This document shows, piece after piece, positions 12,531-25,271 of a DNA stretch of 64,000 nt (within the stretch, counting starts at the first letter, position 1; every line of letters starts with the position of its first letter). This DNA is from Trichodelitschia bisporula (Eukaryota). The position numbers and the translations under genes are program-made. The notes under the pieces are model-generated. The model had not been told where the DNA came from and made no database searches. It saw nothing but the letters and a program-made list of their open reading frames with translations. The stretch is from positions 930,001 through 994,000 of the forward strand of contig ML996693.1 in assembly GCA_010356995.1 (NCBI GenBank), given 5' to 3'.

Positions 12531-12765
12531 AGGCATGAACAGCGTGATGCCGACAAGGCAGGAAAGACAAGACAGCCCCTGTCACCCCACGCATGGACAA
12601 CGATCACCAGAATCACAGCAACGAAACCAGATCGATTTCGACCAGCACATGAACGCCTCATTGATGCAGATCTACCGCTGCCCAAACCGCAGATGCCTAT
12701 CCGACATATGCCCCTAACTCCATCCACAAACGCCGGCCATGCTCCAGCCCACATGCACACCTGCC

Positions 12766-14560
12766 TCACCAACCCCCACCAATGCTACTCGCCACCGCCG
12801 CTGCGCGATCAATGTCGCTCACCTTCCCAACATCACTCTCCACACGGCGATACCCCGTCCTCACCAAATCGCCCACCGGAACGCCCACGACCGCAGCCCA
12901 GTGCTCGAGTACATCCATCACATACTTGCGCGAGATCCCATCGACAACGTCTAAGTCCCCAGGCTCCTTCTGCGCGAGTTCTTCATCCTCCTCAGCAGAC
13001 CAATACGCCTCATCCACCCTTCCCAACCACGCCTTCTGTTCCGCCACCCCAGCCTTGCCTACATCCCCACCTCCTTCCCCGCTTCTCAACCCTTCCACTT
13101 CCCCAGCCCGTACCTGCCCCCCGCCGTTTGTACACCCCCCCGGACAAGCCATGACTTCCACATACTGATACTCAACACCAGCAGTCTCAGCCTTGCCCGC
13201 TGGCCTCCGAACACCGCCCCTTCCCGCCGCAGCCAGCAGCCGCGACGTACGTGCAGGCTTCAACCTCCGCACCAAGTTCTGGATATTCCGGAAGCCGTAG
13301 TACCGTGCTGCACGGAACAGCGTTTCTTCCCCACACATAACCGCGTACTCGACGACGTCGGCGTTGCGTCCCCTGCTTGTGCGGACCTCGCTCCCCGCGT
13401 GCAGGGCAGCCTGTCGCTGGACCACGTGCCACAAGAACCCGCCCGACGTGCCTGCGGAGCGGAGATCAGGGTTCCGGGGATGCGGACGCTTCTGCGGGAA
13501 GAGGAATGAACTGAGGGTGGGGTCGGGGAAGGGGGTTTGCTTAGGGAGCGTGCGGGGCAAGGAGGCGAAGTCTATACCGCGGGCGGCGGCGAGGGAGATG
13601 AGTTCGCGGGGCGTGATAACGCAGTCCACGTCACGGGTTTTGTCTTCAGGCGCGTCCGGGGCCCAAGCCGTGGAGGTGAGTTCGTCGCGCGCCGCTTCGA
13701 GTTTCTTGTCGAAGCATGGCATTAGCGCGAGGTGCCATATCCGGCTCGGAGGGATGTTGAGCTTCCGGCTTAGGACGGATTTGAGCAGCGTGCCGGTCAG
13801 GGCTTGGGGGGATTTGAGCCGCGACAGGTAGGGGAGGATGTGCGGGTGTGTTTTCTCGGCGTAGCAGATCCAGCCCGGGCAGGCGGAGGAGAGGATCGGC
13901 CTTTTAGGTGCAGTTGCCGGGCTGGTGTCTTCGGAGGAGGTGACGGAGAACGGAGCGAGGTCGGCCGAGACTTCGTCCGCGGCGAGGACGAGCCCGGCGG
14001 AGCGCAGGATGTTCGTGTCCACGACCCATGTGAAGGCGCTCCCGTGCACGCCGCCCGCGGCGAGTCCCTGTGGTCCGCTGAGGAATTGCGATATTAGCGC
14101 GTCGGCTTCGGCGGCGGTGCAGTTGTATGTCGCGGCGAGGCTGGCGCGTGCCTGCGGGCTGATGCTCGCGACGAAGATCTTGCCCCCCGGGCGGGAAACC
14201 CGTGTCGAACTACCCGTCACGAGCTGCGCTGGGTCAAGCGAGGGGTGTGCGTCGAGCGTGCTCAGGACTTCGTTGTGCGATTGCAGGGAGACGAGCACGG
14301 CTTCGGCGGAGGTCACGCAGCCGGAGCAGGCGAGGCAGTCGGTTAGGGAAATTTGGGCGGGTGTGGGGTTGGAGGCGGCGAGGTTGTCTTCGGTTGTTAC
14401 TTCGTAGGGGTTCTGATGGGGGTTAGGTGAGGTTGGATTGGGGGAGTGGGTGGCGTACTTCGGGATCTTTGCGCTGAGGGAGGGTTTCGATGGGTTTTAT
14501 GCAGGCTACGCCGGGGGAGATGAAGTCGTTCAAGTCATCGGCTGAGAGGATGGCGCTCAT
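12766..14560 (-). CDS. NAR1: Cytosolic Fe-S cluster assembly factor Nar1 (Fe-hydrogenase-like)
   Basis: [86 protein letters not shown], terminal W. Confidence 0.97.
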
Positions 14561-14965
14561 GTTTGCGCTGCGGAGAGGAGAAATGAGGGGAGGGCGGTAC
14601 GGGGAAGTATGAGGGAGAGTAGTAGAGGGGTATCTCGGGTTTTGAGGTCTTATGAATGTGTGATGACAAAAGCGCGGGTAGTCATTGCCCGACCTCACTT
14701 TTGCATGTCCCCGCTAAGGACCTCCGCCTCGCCTCGCCTCTCCGATGCCGCCGCCATACCGCCAAGCCGCTAAAAGGCGGAGAGTTCTGCCAAGTCTGAC
14801 CGCCTGTTGTCAAAGAAGTCCTTCTAGAAGTATCGCAACACCGCAAACATCCCCGACTCCAACATCCACCCACCGCCTATCACCACTCACACCCCGCACA
14901 ACGTCACGCACAAAAACAACACACATACCGATACACGCTCAAAGCTACGCTACCTCGCAGCAAAC

Positions 14966-15213
14966 ATGTCCGGCCAAGGCTACGCCCCCCCCACGCGCGA
15001 CCTCAGCACCCTCAACTACGAGAAGCCTGTCACGTACAGCTGCGGCGACTGCGCGTCGAAGGTGCAGCTTAAGCGTGGGGATCCGATCCGCTGTCTGCAG
15101 TGTGGACATCGTGTGCTGTATAAGGAGCGCACGACCAGGTACGTGTAGATGTCTGGCTCTGAGGTGGACTTTGCTAATACTGTGGTAGAATGGTCCAGTT
15201 TGAGGCGCGCTAG
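14966..15213 (+). CDS. RPB12: RNA polymerase I/II/III shared subunit RPABC4
   Basis: YSCGDC...DPIRCLQCGHRVLYKERTT, intron from 15139 (GTACGT), then RMVQFEAR-stop. Confidence 0.96.
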
Positions 15214-15697
15214 GGAAACCAGAAGATCTGATGGCGATGACGGCCTGATGACGATGACGGCGTTGGGTTCTGGGCACATGGGCATTCGGTTGGCGTACGG
15301 TGGCTGAGATATAGGGGAGGCATTGGGGAGGCATTTGTGAGACTGGCTGCAGACTGCTGTTCTCTATGGCTAGTTGAACACATGCACTAGAACTAGAGGG
15401 CTCATTGTTCTTCCAACTTGTTGGGACATCAATCACAGCACGCTAGCGTCAATGAACAGTATCAAAAGCTTTCCGCTAAGCTATCCCCGACCCTCTATCT
15501 ATCTGAGCACATGATCGATGTTTTGACATGCCATCCGTATGCAACCCCAAAAGAAGGCCCTAGTATAGCATGCTCATGTCCAAGAGTCATTCGGACAGCG
15601 CCCACCAAGGACAGACAAATCCCACCGCCTAGCCCAACCGTCACGGCTCGCGTCTCCAGCACAAGCCCGACCCAACCGGACCCACCTCTCAAGGCGT

Positions 15698-17553
15698 TCA
15701 TGTGCCCCGGAAAGCATCGAACCGCTTATACGTATACCCAATAAACGGCAAGCTCATCTCCGTGCTCAAATCATCGCCTTGAGCAGCCGTCTGCGCACGC
15801 AGCACAGAACTCATATCCGTCTGCGGAATCTCGTCGATGGGGAAGTACTGCGTATCCACATTCGATTGCAGCTTCGGCTCGAAGGGCGCGCCGATGCGGC
15901 GCAGACCGTCCCACTGCACACCGCGGAAGAAGGGGTGCTGCTTGATCTCGTGCGCGCCGCCGATGCGGCCCAGGCGGTTCTCGGAGTCGCAGATGAGACT
16001 AAACGATTAGCTTTAGAATGTCCCAGGAAACCATAGCTACATACCTCCGGATAAAGTCTTCGGCCTCGGGCTTGAGCGGCTGGTCCGGCGGGAAGTGCAG
16101 GTGGCGCGGCCAGTCGACGATCTTGCGGTACGTGTCGTGGGCCTCCTCGGCGCAGAAGGGGGGCCATCCGATCAGGCACTCAAACATGATGGTTCCCAAG
16201 CTCCACCAGTCGCAGCTATAGTCGTATCCCTTGCCGGAGAAGATCTCGGGTGCGATATAATCGGGCGTGCCGACGGTTGAGTAAGCGAGTTGACGCCGCG
16301 ACTTGCGCCAGGTGTTGATTTGCTGGCGGTTGCTTACGGTCAACTGGATCTGGTCGAAGTTGATGGATTGGCGGTTGTCTCGATTGGAGCGGTGCTTGCC
16401 CCCTGCGAGTAGCTGCTGGTAGTAAGATGCCTCGTGTTCTTTGTGGAAACCGGTTGACAGGCCGAAGTCGGTGAGCTTTATGTGCCCGCGGCGATCGAGG
16501 AGGATGTTGTCGGGTTTGATGTCACTAGTCCGTCAGTCGTGCTCAGCACTAGATCAGCTGACTTACCGGTGTATAAAACCAAGTTTGTGGACGGCCTCGA
16601 TCGCGAGTGTGATCTCGGCCATATAGAACCGGGTGATATCTACGGAGAAGATTTCATATTTGATGAGCATGGTCATGAGATCGCCGCCGGGTAGGAACTC
16701 CATGAGCATATACAAAAATGTGCTGTCTTGGAAGGTCGTATGAAGCTTGACAACCCAAGGGCTGTCAGACTCTGCCAAGATGTCACGCTCTGACCGGACG
16801 TGCGCAAGCTGGTCCTTTTTAAACTGAAGAGGATGAGCCGGGCCCTTCGCCATGGAACATTGGACTCACCATTTCGGATTTCAGCAGCGACTTCAGCGCA
16901 TAAACCTTGCCGTCGTTCTTCCGCTGCACAAGCTTCACCTCTCCAAAGGCGCCCTTGCCGATGATCTTGATGGTCGTGAAGTTTTCGGCTTGCTCCTTTG
17001 TACGGAGGAAGCGGAGATACTGCGCCTCCGCCCGGCGCATCTGGTTGCGCTTCTGCTCCTTGCGGGCGTCGCTGAGTGTGGGATCCTTCATGATCTGGTT
17101 CAGTTCCAGCGCACTACATGCCATGAGTATCTCCCATTTGCTTGTCTGCGCCGCGTTACTTACCGGCCATTCCGGTCCCTGGCGCGCTGCACATTGTCCT
17201 TGAAGAAAGTCGACACCAGTCCGGTGCTGACCTTCGACTTACGATGCACATTGTCGCCGTACTTATCCGGGTTTTTCGCAGGAGGCTCCTCGTCGGTCAA
17301 GCTAGGGGCGCTCGGGGGCGCCGGGATCTGCGGGCTCAAGAAGTTCCCGTACTGCTGCTGGCCCTGACCGTGACCACCGCCGGCAGCACCGGCCGTGCGG
17401 GGGCGCTGTCCCGACGGGGACGGCTGGCGGCCGTAGGGGCTCGCCGACCGCTGGTTACCGCCCAGGTTCTGGTGGGAGAACTGGTGGACCAAGCCGTTCG
17501 TAGCATCATTGTAGGCAGCGGTTCCAGGTTGAGGGGCACGATAGCCACCGCCC

Positions 17554-17607
<54 letters not shown>

Positions 17608-17843
17608 CCGTACTGCGGCTGGTAGGGATTATTCATAAAATATCCAGCATTGCCGTAGCCGCTGTTTGTCGGTTGGTTGCCCCAGACCTCCTGTTGACCA
17701 TTCTGGGCGGGAAAGGGCTGCGGGAAGGTTGACGGCGTGGTGGGGTACTGGCGGCCATACTCGGCGCCTCCATTTCCCCCGTTGGCATTGCGGTCGAAGC
17801 CGAAGTTCAGTTGCAACCGGTTCGGCTGCTGATTGTTGCTCAT
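15698..17843 (-). CDS. COT1: NDR-family Ser/Thr kinase COT1/Cbk1
   Basis: [60 protein letters not shown]-terminal [12 protein letters not shown]-rich N-terminus. Confidence 0.97.
17556..17606 (-). repeat. Perfect (CAG)17 polyglutamine tract in COT1
   Basis: Uninterrupted ctg x17 on the + strand. Confidence 0.95.
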
Positions 17844-20800
17844 GGCGGTGGGTTGGAGCTACCAGACGCGGGAATCCGAGTTGCAGTGAAGATAGGGTTG
17901 TTGTGAGGCAGAGTTGCTTCGGCAAGGAGTGAGGAATGCCCCTGCAATTGCGTACACTGCCTCGCTGGAATGAAGAGGGGTCGTCGCAGAAGATCCGTGA
18001 TCGCTATTGCGGAGAGGGGTGGGATCTGGAGGCGAAACTCGAGGTGTAGAGTCCCCTGGGACGGCGGGTGGTGGGTCGGGGGGTGTCGTGGGGCGACGAA
18101 CAAAAGAAACGGTGAAGCACGGTTCGTCAGGATGGAAGCGCAAACGCTCGACAAGGTTACTGGGTGTTTTGAGAAAGCGATATGAGAATTGGGAGGCACG
18201 AGGAAGAGACGATTGTATTGAAGAGGAAAGAAAGTTGGGAGAGCCAAATGCAGGCAGCACGCAGTTGATTCGAGTGCCTCCAAGGTTCGAGTGCCCAGAC
18301 TTGCCGACGACTCCCTTGCACACCCCGAGTTTGTGGTGGAGTCTTCGCGGAGAACAGGGGAGACTGGGGGAAGTCGAGGAGAGCGGGCACAAGCCCATAC
18401 GCCAACGGGCAACCAACGGCTTCAACGGGGGAGGGGGTGGGCGGCCCGCCAAGTCCCTGGCTGCTTCTTCTTCTTCTTCACTTCTTCCGAGAAGCGGGGC
18501 GCGATGGTGATGTTTCGTTATGCTATGCTTCCCACCTAGTTCCGATCGTAGTGTTGTAGTGACTATCCTGGAGCATGCTCTACTATCCCATGCCACGGTA
18601 CTTGCAACAGAAGTCGATACCTCCATATCCGTAGGCCCCAGAGATACTCGTATGGCCACGCTTCCGCCCGATGGTGCTCCCCCGGACAAAACAACTTTTT
18701 TTGCACTTGGGCTTGCAGCATCCCACTCCACCCGCCACTGCATCTCAATGCCCGCCACGCAGATGATCACGCGTGGCCGGCTGCAGCATCTGGTCCGTGA
18801 CTAGCACTCTGACTGGCTGCGCCAAATGCGAGTCTGCAGATCCATGATATCTCACTACTCTGGTACACCGCACAGTACCTCCGTACTCACCCTTCGGGTC
18901 AAGGAAGAGCACCTTCGTCTGTTTCTCGGCAAGCGCATCTAGAAATGGCTGAAGCGATGACAGTAACGCATTTTGAGTTGAAATTGCGGTCTTGCCATTC
19001 TACGCCGAGATACTCGAGTACTCGAATATCATTATCGTCCGCGTGCCATCTGCAACCTGAAACCCTCGACTTTCAGAACTCTCCGAGGAACGCTCTTCAA
19101 GCAATTTCTCCGGGCGGACGGGGAGTCCTCCCGACCTGTCGTCGGCATGGCCCATGAGAACGGCATTGCAGCCATTGGCAAAGACGACGCCCGTGTGGAA
19201 CGAGGAAAGACGTCGTAACCTGTTGGCGTGTTGGACAGCATGTGTTACAACCATCTGGAACCGCAACCGTTTCCTGATCAGCAAAGGACGATGAACCACC
19301 GCGGCGAAAGACTCGGCAGAGGTTCCCATATAATCCTGGCTGGGCCTGTACAATGAAAAGTGCTTCGGGCTGCGGTCAGCGTACATCTACTTCCACTATT
19401 CCTTCCTCTGGTTGCACAGATGCATGCCACCTTCGGTTCAACTGATCAGTAATGAGTAATCGACTTGGACTCATAACAGTGTCCGTTTGGCTCAATGGTA
19501 TGCGGGAGAAACGGCAGGCCATCGAGGCTCGGATGCAATGATACGGATATCATGGAGTATGCTGTCGATGTCGCCTTGCTTCCGGAATGAATGGACTCGT
19601 CGTTGCAATCGGTTCTGGTGGACGATATGGTTAACATGTGCCATGAATAAGAAAGAGGAGTCCATGCCGGAATGGAGGAGGGGCGTTTTGCAAAGACGGT
19701 AGTTCATCTCCTCAGGAAAGAGTTGAAAGGGCAGTTCCGACATCATGAGGGAAAAGAAAGGCTACTGAAAGGTTCATCATCGTCGTGAGTAAAGATAGAA
19801 GGGAGGTCGGAATGAAAGAACATGAAGAGAGTAGAGGTTGAGAGTCCGGTGGAGGTGGCCCTGGTCCTGAGTCGCAGCTTCCTCAAGCCAGGCAAAGGCG
19901 GAAACAAGCTAAAGGGACTGACATCTGGAAAGTAGGAACCCACGGCAGAATCAAAGCGAGGTCGGAAATTCTGGATCTTTATGGAACACATATCTGGTGA
20001 TGCTCCGCGGATTCAGGGCCATCCGAAACGGAATACCGCTCATCCATTCGCTATCAACAAGACAGTCACCCAAGGCAAGTGCTGGATAAAGCTGATCGAT
20101 TGCCAGTTCTCGCTTTTATGGGCTCGGTTCTGGATCAACCTGGCACTCCGCTTCAATATATCCGTATTGTCGTCAACTCGAGCTTTTAAGACACGGCAGA
20201 CGTGAAGCTCGAAACCCTATCGATTGAGCATTTACAACGTGCGCATTGATTCATCCTCCGCCTCTGTAGCTTTGCACCATTCTCAGCTTCAATTTTAAGA
20301 GTCATCTCTGTGTCCCATCATTTAACCTGGGGGCTAACGCTGGCGCAGTGATGGTTTGGGCGATCGAACAGAATCCCAGATGTCTCCGGCTACGAGCAAG
20401 TGACCTCTCATAGGGCTCCTCCCGCTTTCGTGTTTCTAGAATTGCCAGCGAATAGTCCACAGAGGCTCGTGGTTAACACCTTCACAGAAAGTATCCACGT
20501 CACGAGAGCATCGCCTTCCATTCAGCCGGATTACGGTCCGTTGCGTAGTAGGGCCCTCCAATAAATACCGCCCGCAATATAGGGTACAGAAGAACGGGAT
20601 AGAGCGTCTCTATATGTTTGAGGCCACCGCGGGGGACCTTCTCAGCCAGGTTTAGCGCATCGGAGAATGATTCTTGGGATTCGACAACTTGAAACTCCAA
20701 TCGCCTACAGAATTTCTCTCGTCATTTGCAGTGGCCGTCGCTTGCTGGCTGAAATCAATTGGTGAGCTTTGGCCCAACGATAATCACATGGAAACCGTCG

Positions 20801-21500
20801 TCCTTAATTTGGTCGCTCAACATCGGCATGTGAACGGGTTCGTCCCGCCAGCCCTAAGCCAGACGTCCGGGGATCGGGCTTCCGACTGACCTTGGATATC
20901 TGCATGGACTCAGGTTCAACAACTGTGATCGAGCTCCATATTGCTGTATCGCACCAATCACTCATGTGTGTACCTGTTAGCAGTCACAGCTCCGACCCCG
21001 GACTCGAACAAATCTATTCCACTGGACATTTTCCGGCCGTAACGCCCGATCCAGCATACGTCCCGGCATCTGCGAACGGATCTCCAGGCATCACAGACCC
21101 CAGCTCCGGTTAGCACTAGATGCCATCGGCTTCGAACTTATCATTAGGCTTACCCCAGATCTCTCCTAACCGAGCGGGATCGTGATCCACTGGAGCATCC
21201 TCCGAGACGGTGGGCATGCGCTGGTGCACTAATGTCATATGAGCAGTTCCGCATCTCGCCAAAGGAGATATACGAGTAACCCCAGGTCTTGGGTTTTTAG
21301 GTCTTGAGCGCTTCAGCCTCGCGAAGCCCCGTTCGTCCGGCACATGTGAGGGACAGGTGCACGACGGTGCCCAGGGATAGGACCGATACGAAAAGAGAGG
21401 TAGTATAAAGTGAGATCTTTTATGGTCTAAAGATATCAAGATTCCCTCGCTTCCCCGACAGTCACTCCTTATTGTTCAGTCTGTCGCTATCTCCGCATCA

Positions 21501-22578
21501 ATGCTTCTCCTTTTTCTCATTCTGGCTGCGGGCTCAGCCCTTGCTGCTCCAGTCGACGTACCCGTCGCTTCAGTCGATGTACCCGCCACTTCAGCCGAGA
21601 TTCCAGTCCATATATCAGCCGATATCACCCCCTCCACGACCGGATCGTTTGCATACATTCAACTGGGCGATGCAGTCAGCGGTCCAACACGAACCATCCC
21701 CTCCATCCGCATCCCTGGCGGTGTAGTGTACGTCAACGGCGACATAGCCAAATGCAGCGGTCAATCCTGCGACCTCGCCAACCTCTCCGGGAGCACAGGG
21801 ATCGAACCAACCCTCAACCCTCGCGGCGGCGACGCTAACGCCTACAAGTGCGCCGCGAAGTACAACCCGGACGGCGTCAAACTAGCCCAATCCAAGCCGC
21901 AAACACCTCCCCAGCCGACCGGCATTTCAGGCGGATTAACGACGGGAATGGCCAGTCTGTCGGGCTACCTAACGTTTTCGATTCCGGACAAGGGGACGTT
22001 CAAGGGCAAGTGTGCGCCCAATATGCTCTTCTTTGCGAAGGGCACGACGGAGCCGGGTGAGCTGGGTATCACGGTGGGGCCGGTGCTGAATTCGGCGTTG
22101 ACGGGGAAGGACTGGAGGGTCATCGGCGTGCCGTATCAGGCGGATTTGTTTAGCGACTTGTGTCTGGGTCTGCCTGGGGGCATGATGGCGCGCGATATGC
22201 TCGATCAGGCGGCGGAGAAGTGTCCGAATTCAAAGCTCTATATGAGTGGGTACTCGCAGGGCGCTCTGGTCTCGCATAATGCGGTCGGGTACGCGAAGCA
22301 GGAGACGAAAAAGCGTGTTGCAGTGAGTGTTCTGAGTTCGACTTACGACGCCTCTGCTGACCTTTCAGGCTGTTATTGTGTTTGGAGATCCGATGCAGGG
22401 CGCTCCGATTAAGGGATACAATGGTCCGATAATCACTTACTGTCTTGAGGGAGATTATGTTTGCACTGGCAACTTCGTCATTGGCGCTGCCCACTTGTCG
22501 TACACAGGGGCGCCCTCGACTAAGGCCATTGCGGAGATTAAGAAGATTGCTGTTGGAAAGAAATATACACTCAAGTAG
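21501..22578 (+). CDS. Secreted cutinase (CE5) with N-terminal extension
   Basis: Signal peptide; FAKGTTEPG, GYSQG nucleophile motif, FGDP, CLEGDYVC, AHLSY; intron from 22324 (GTGAGT); upstream TATAAA near 21404. Confidence 0.92.
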
Positions 22579-23464
22579 AGAGACCACCTAATGTAAGACG
22601 GTTTTGAACAGCCCGCCTCAGTGTGACATTTGAACGTTCCCATTCTGAGCAAGGTCACGACTGCCACCGCACCAATTGTCCTGACTCCTGCTTGTTCATC
22701 AGCGCTTTCCACCTATTCACCAGAATCCCACACCCGTTAGGAAAGGTGTGAAGGCCCTTTCCCTTCGCCCTTCCATATGCTCACCATCCAGACGGACATT
22801 CTGTCGAGAGACAGGCTGCATGTCCATGTTGATACAGCGCTTGCACTGTCCAAGACGCTCGTAGCCTTCAAAGCCATAGCAGCAAAAGTTTCCGCCACCG
22901 TCTAGGAAGTCGGTTCAAAAGCACCTTGTACGGAGTGGGAGAAGCCCGGCGGGCAGAGCTCGCTGAAGTGGACAGATGCGCGCACAAATGGAGTTATTTT
23001 TATTGTTATGCGGTTCTATACCATCAAGCAGCTGAATGGCGCAGCGGAAGCGCGCCGGGCTCATAACCCGGAGGACGGTGGATCGAAACCACTTTCAGCT
23101 AATATTTTTTGTCTTTTCAGTGGAGCATTTCTTTTGGCGGTGGATTAAGGTTAGGGAAGGGCGTCATCGTTCGGGCAGGCGGAACAGGCAACTTTGGCCC
23201 TCTCATCATCCATGCGGATTGCAGCTGCAGCCTGGGTCTGTTTCAAAAGCCGAATACAAGTTGCCTTCTCCTCTGAACCGTCAAATTCTTTTACGAATCC
23301 CATGTCATGATCCATCCCATCAGACATCGTGCAATCCCACAACCCGCGCCGCAAGCCAGCCTTGCACCGCCACCCGCCAAGAATATTCCGGCGCCCGCTG
23401 CTCCGCAAATTCGTGGAAAGTGCATCTCACATGACTGCGCACAGACCACCCCACCGCCTGAGGG

Positions 23465-23471
23465 TATAAAA
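23465..23471 (+). promoter_or_regulatory. TATA box of the U4 snRNA gene
   Basis: TATAAAA followed by a pyrimidine tract, ~45 nt upstream of the predicted U4 5' end. Confidence 0.7.
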
Positions 23472-23511
23472 ACGCGGCCTCTCCCCCGCCAACCCTCTTC
23501 TCTTCTTCTTC

Positions 23512-23640
23512 ATCCAAGTGCTCGGGCTTTACGCGTGGCAGTGAAGATTCGTCTGAGCCCGTGTTATTGCTAGTTGAAAACTACATTCCTGACCACTCCA
23601 GTTGGTCTTCGGATCGGCTGGGAATTTTTGAACCTCAATC
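23512..23640 (+). ncRNA. U4: U4 spliceosomal snRNA
   Basis: ATCCAAGTGCTCGGG 5' end; k-turn stem-loop CAGTGAAGATTCGTCTGAG; conserved TTATTGCTAGTTGAAAACT; UUCG hairpin CCAGTTGGTC-TTCG-GATCGGCTGG; Sm site AATTTTTG at 23623-23630. 3' end approximate. Confidence 0.93.
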
Positions 23641-24346
23641 TGTTTATCTTTGTTTTCCTCGTCGGTGCTTTCGCCTGGTTGCGGGAGGTTGAAGAGGATT
23701 TTGCTTCGTGTGTGTGGAGAGGGGTGATGGCTCTTGCGGGCCATGACAGGAACAAATTTGTCACGCCCGGACGATGATGCCATCTCGTTTCCGTGGCCCT
23801 CTTCACGTTCCGAGAGTAATGCTGCGTTTAATTGACTTGTCCGACTGTGCTCGGTGTCGAGGCGGGTCTCATGACGCAGTTACATCTCCATGTACCTTAT
23901 TTACTATGAGGGTCGCTTGAAGGAAGGCACGTCGTTGATGAGGTGCAAGAGTGCTGCTAGCGAGCAAGTCGTGAATGCTTGATTGATAACGGACTGATGG
24001 GGCATTGCGTTCGGACTGTTGGAGGAAGCAGTGCCTTGCAGCCCTTTGCATGTGTTCACAGTTCTCCAGCAAGTATCATGTATCACTCCATGCGTCAAGT
24101 GAACCTGAATCACAATCTGAATGCTTTTGCTGTTGCGCCTAAACCCCCGTGAAAGCCGCCCAGCTCTGGTATCCCGTACAAACGCCTGCCTAGCCAGACG
24201 ATCGATGCCTCCCAGTATACACGCTGTGCCATCAGCTTCGCTCGCGCTTCTGCACATACCGACGCGACATACAAAAGTAGCCACTCTCGCAGTAGCCCAT
24301 GCATTCATTCCATTCTGCCTAGTTCTTTCGTATCGCGGCCGGTGTC

Positions 24347-24807
24347 TCACCCTGTCATCTCTGTATCCTTCTTGTCCGCGCCGCTTATCCAAAGTACGTT
24401 GTTACACCTGTGCTGATTAGCCTCTGTCCTTCATGATGTACGTGTGGGTCTGGCGTACCGGATCAGAACCTCGCCGAGCGTGCCCTTGCTCTGGCCGTCG
24501 ATGAATTCCTCCGTGCCGCGCAGTTGGATGTTCATGTACGAGTCGATGCTCACGAGGCGGCCGTGGTACTCGGTTTGCGCCCACTTTAACCGCACGATGA
24601 CGTTCTCGTTAACGCTGCCACTTGTTAGCCAATGCAAAGACTACCATCTCCATCTCTGTATCGAGTATGCAGAGCGGAGGGATCGAGGGAGGGCGCGACG
24701 TACAGGGCCTGCAGCATAGGCCGCGGGTTCAGTGGGATAAACTGCAGTGCATTAGCTTGACGTGTTCGGAAACGAGGTGTAGGGAAGGCACATACAGCGG
24801 CACTCAT
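24347..24807 (-). CDS. SMX3: Small nuclear ribonucleoprotein Sm F
   Basis: Four exons: [48 protein letters not shown]...[14 protein letters not shown]. Confidence 0.95.
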
Positions 24808-25271
24808 TTTGATTGGGGAGATGTGTATGGAGGTTGATGGGGAGGCTGTGACGACGGATATCGACTTCGTTGCTCTCTGGAGGGCGGTGGTTTGGGCAAG
24901 CTCCGCATATGCTTGGCGGGTATGGTCGGGGTGGAAAATAGAGGTCCCGGGGGAGGCTGGATTTGGAGCACACACCATTTCATGAGTTCTGGCAATTGGA
25001 AGGCGATCGAAAGATATACTGTTTTGCAATGCATTATTTATCATCATCACTCTTGAGTTGCACAACTCGGGACTAATAGGCTCGTACGCTGTGGAGAACG
25101 CGATGCTTATGCCATCTCCCGGCCCAACGTGATGGGCTGTCACTCGGGATACATTCAAGGCCAGAATCAACAAATCGATCCAGCAGCACATTCATACAAG
25201 TTCCAATTTCCTGTAAAATACATATCAAGCTAAAGTAGGATCACGCCACTTCATTTTACCCCCTAACTAAC

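Noticed and set aside
18450..21400. Short protein-like ORFs (19492-19991, 20500-20700)
   Set aside because: No recognisable domain or consistent splice model; could be a decayed gene but unsupported.
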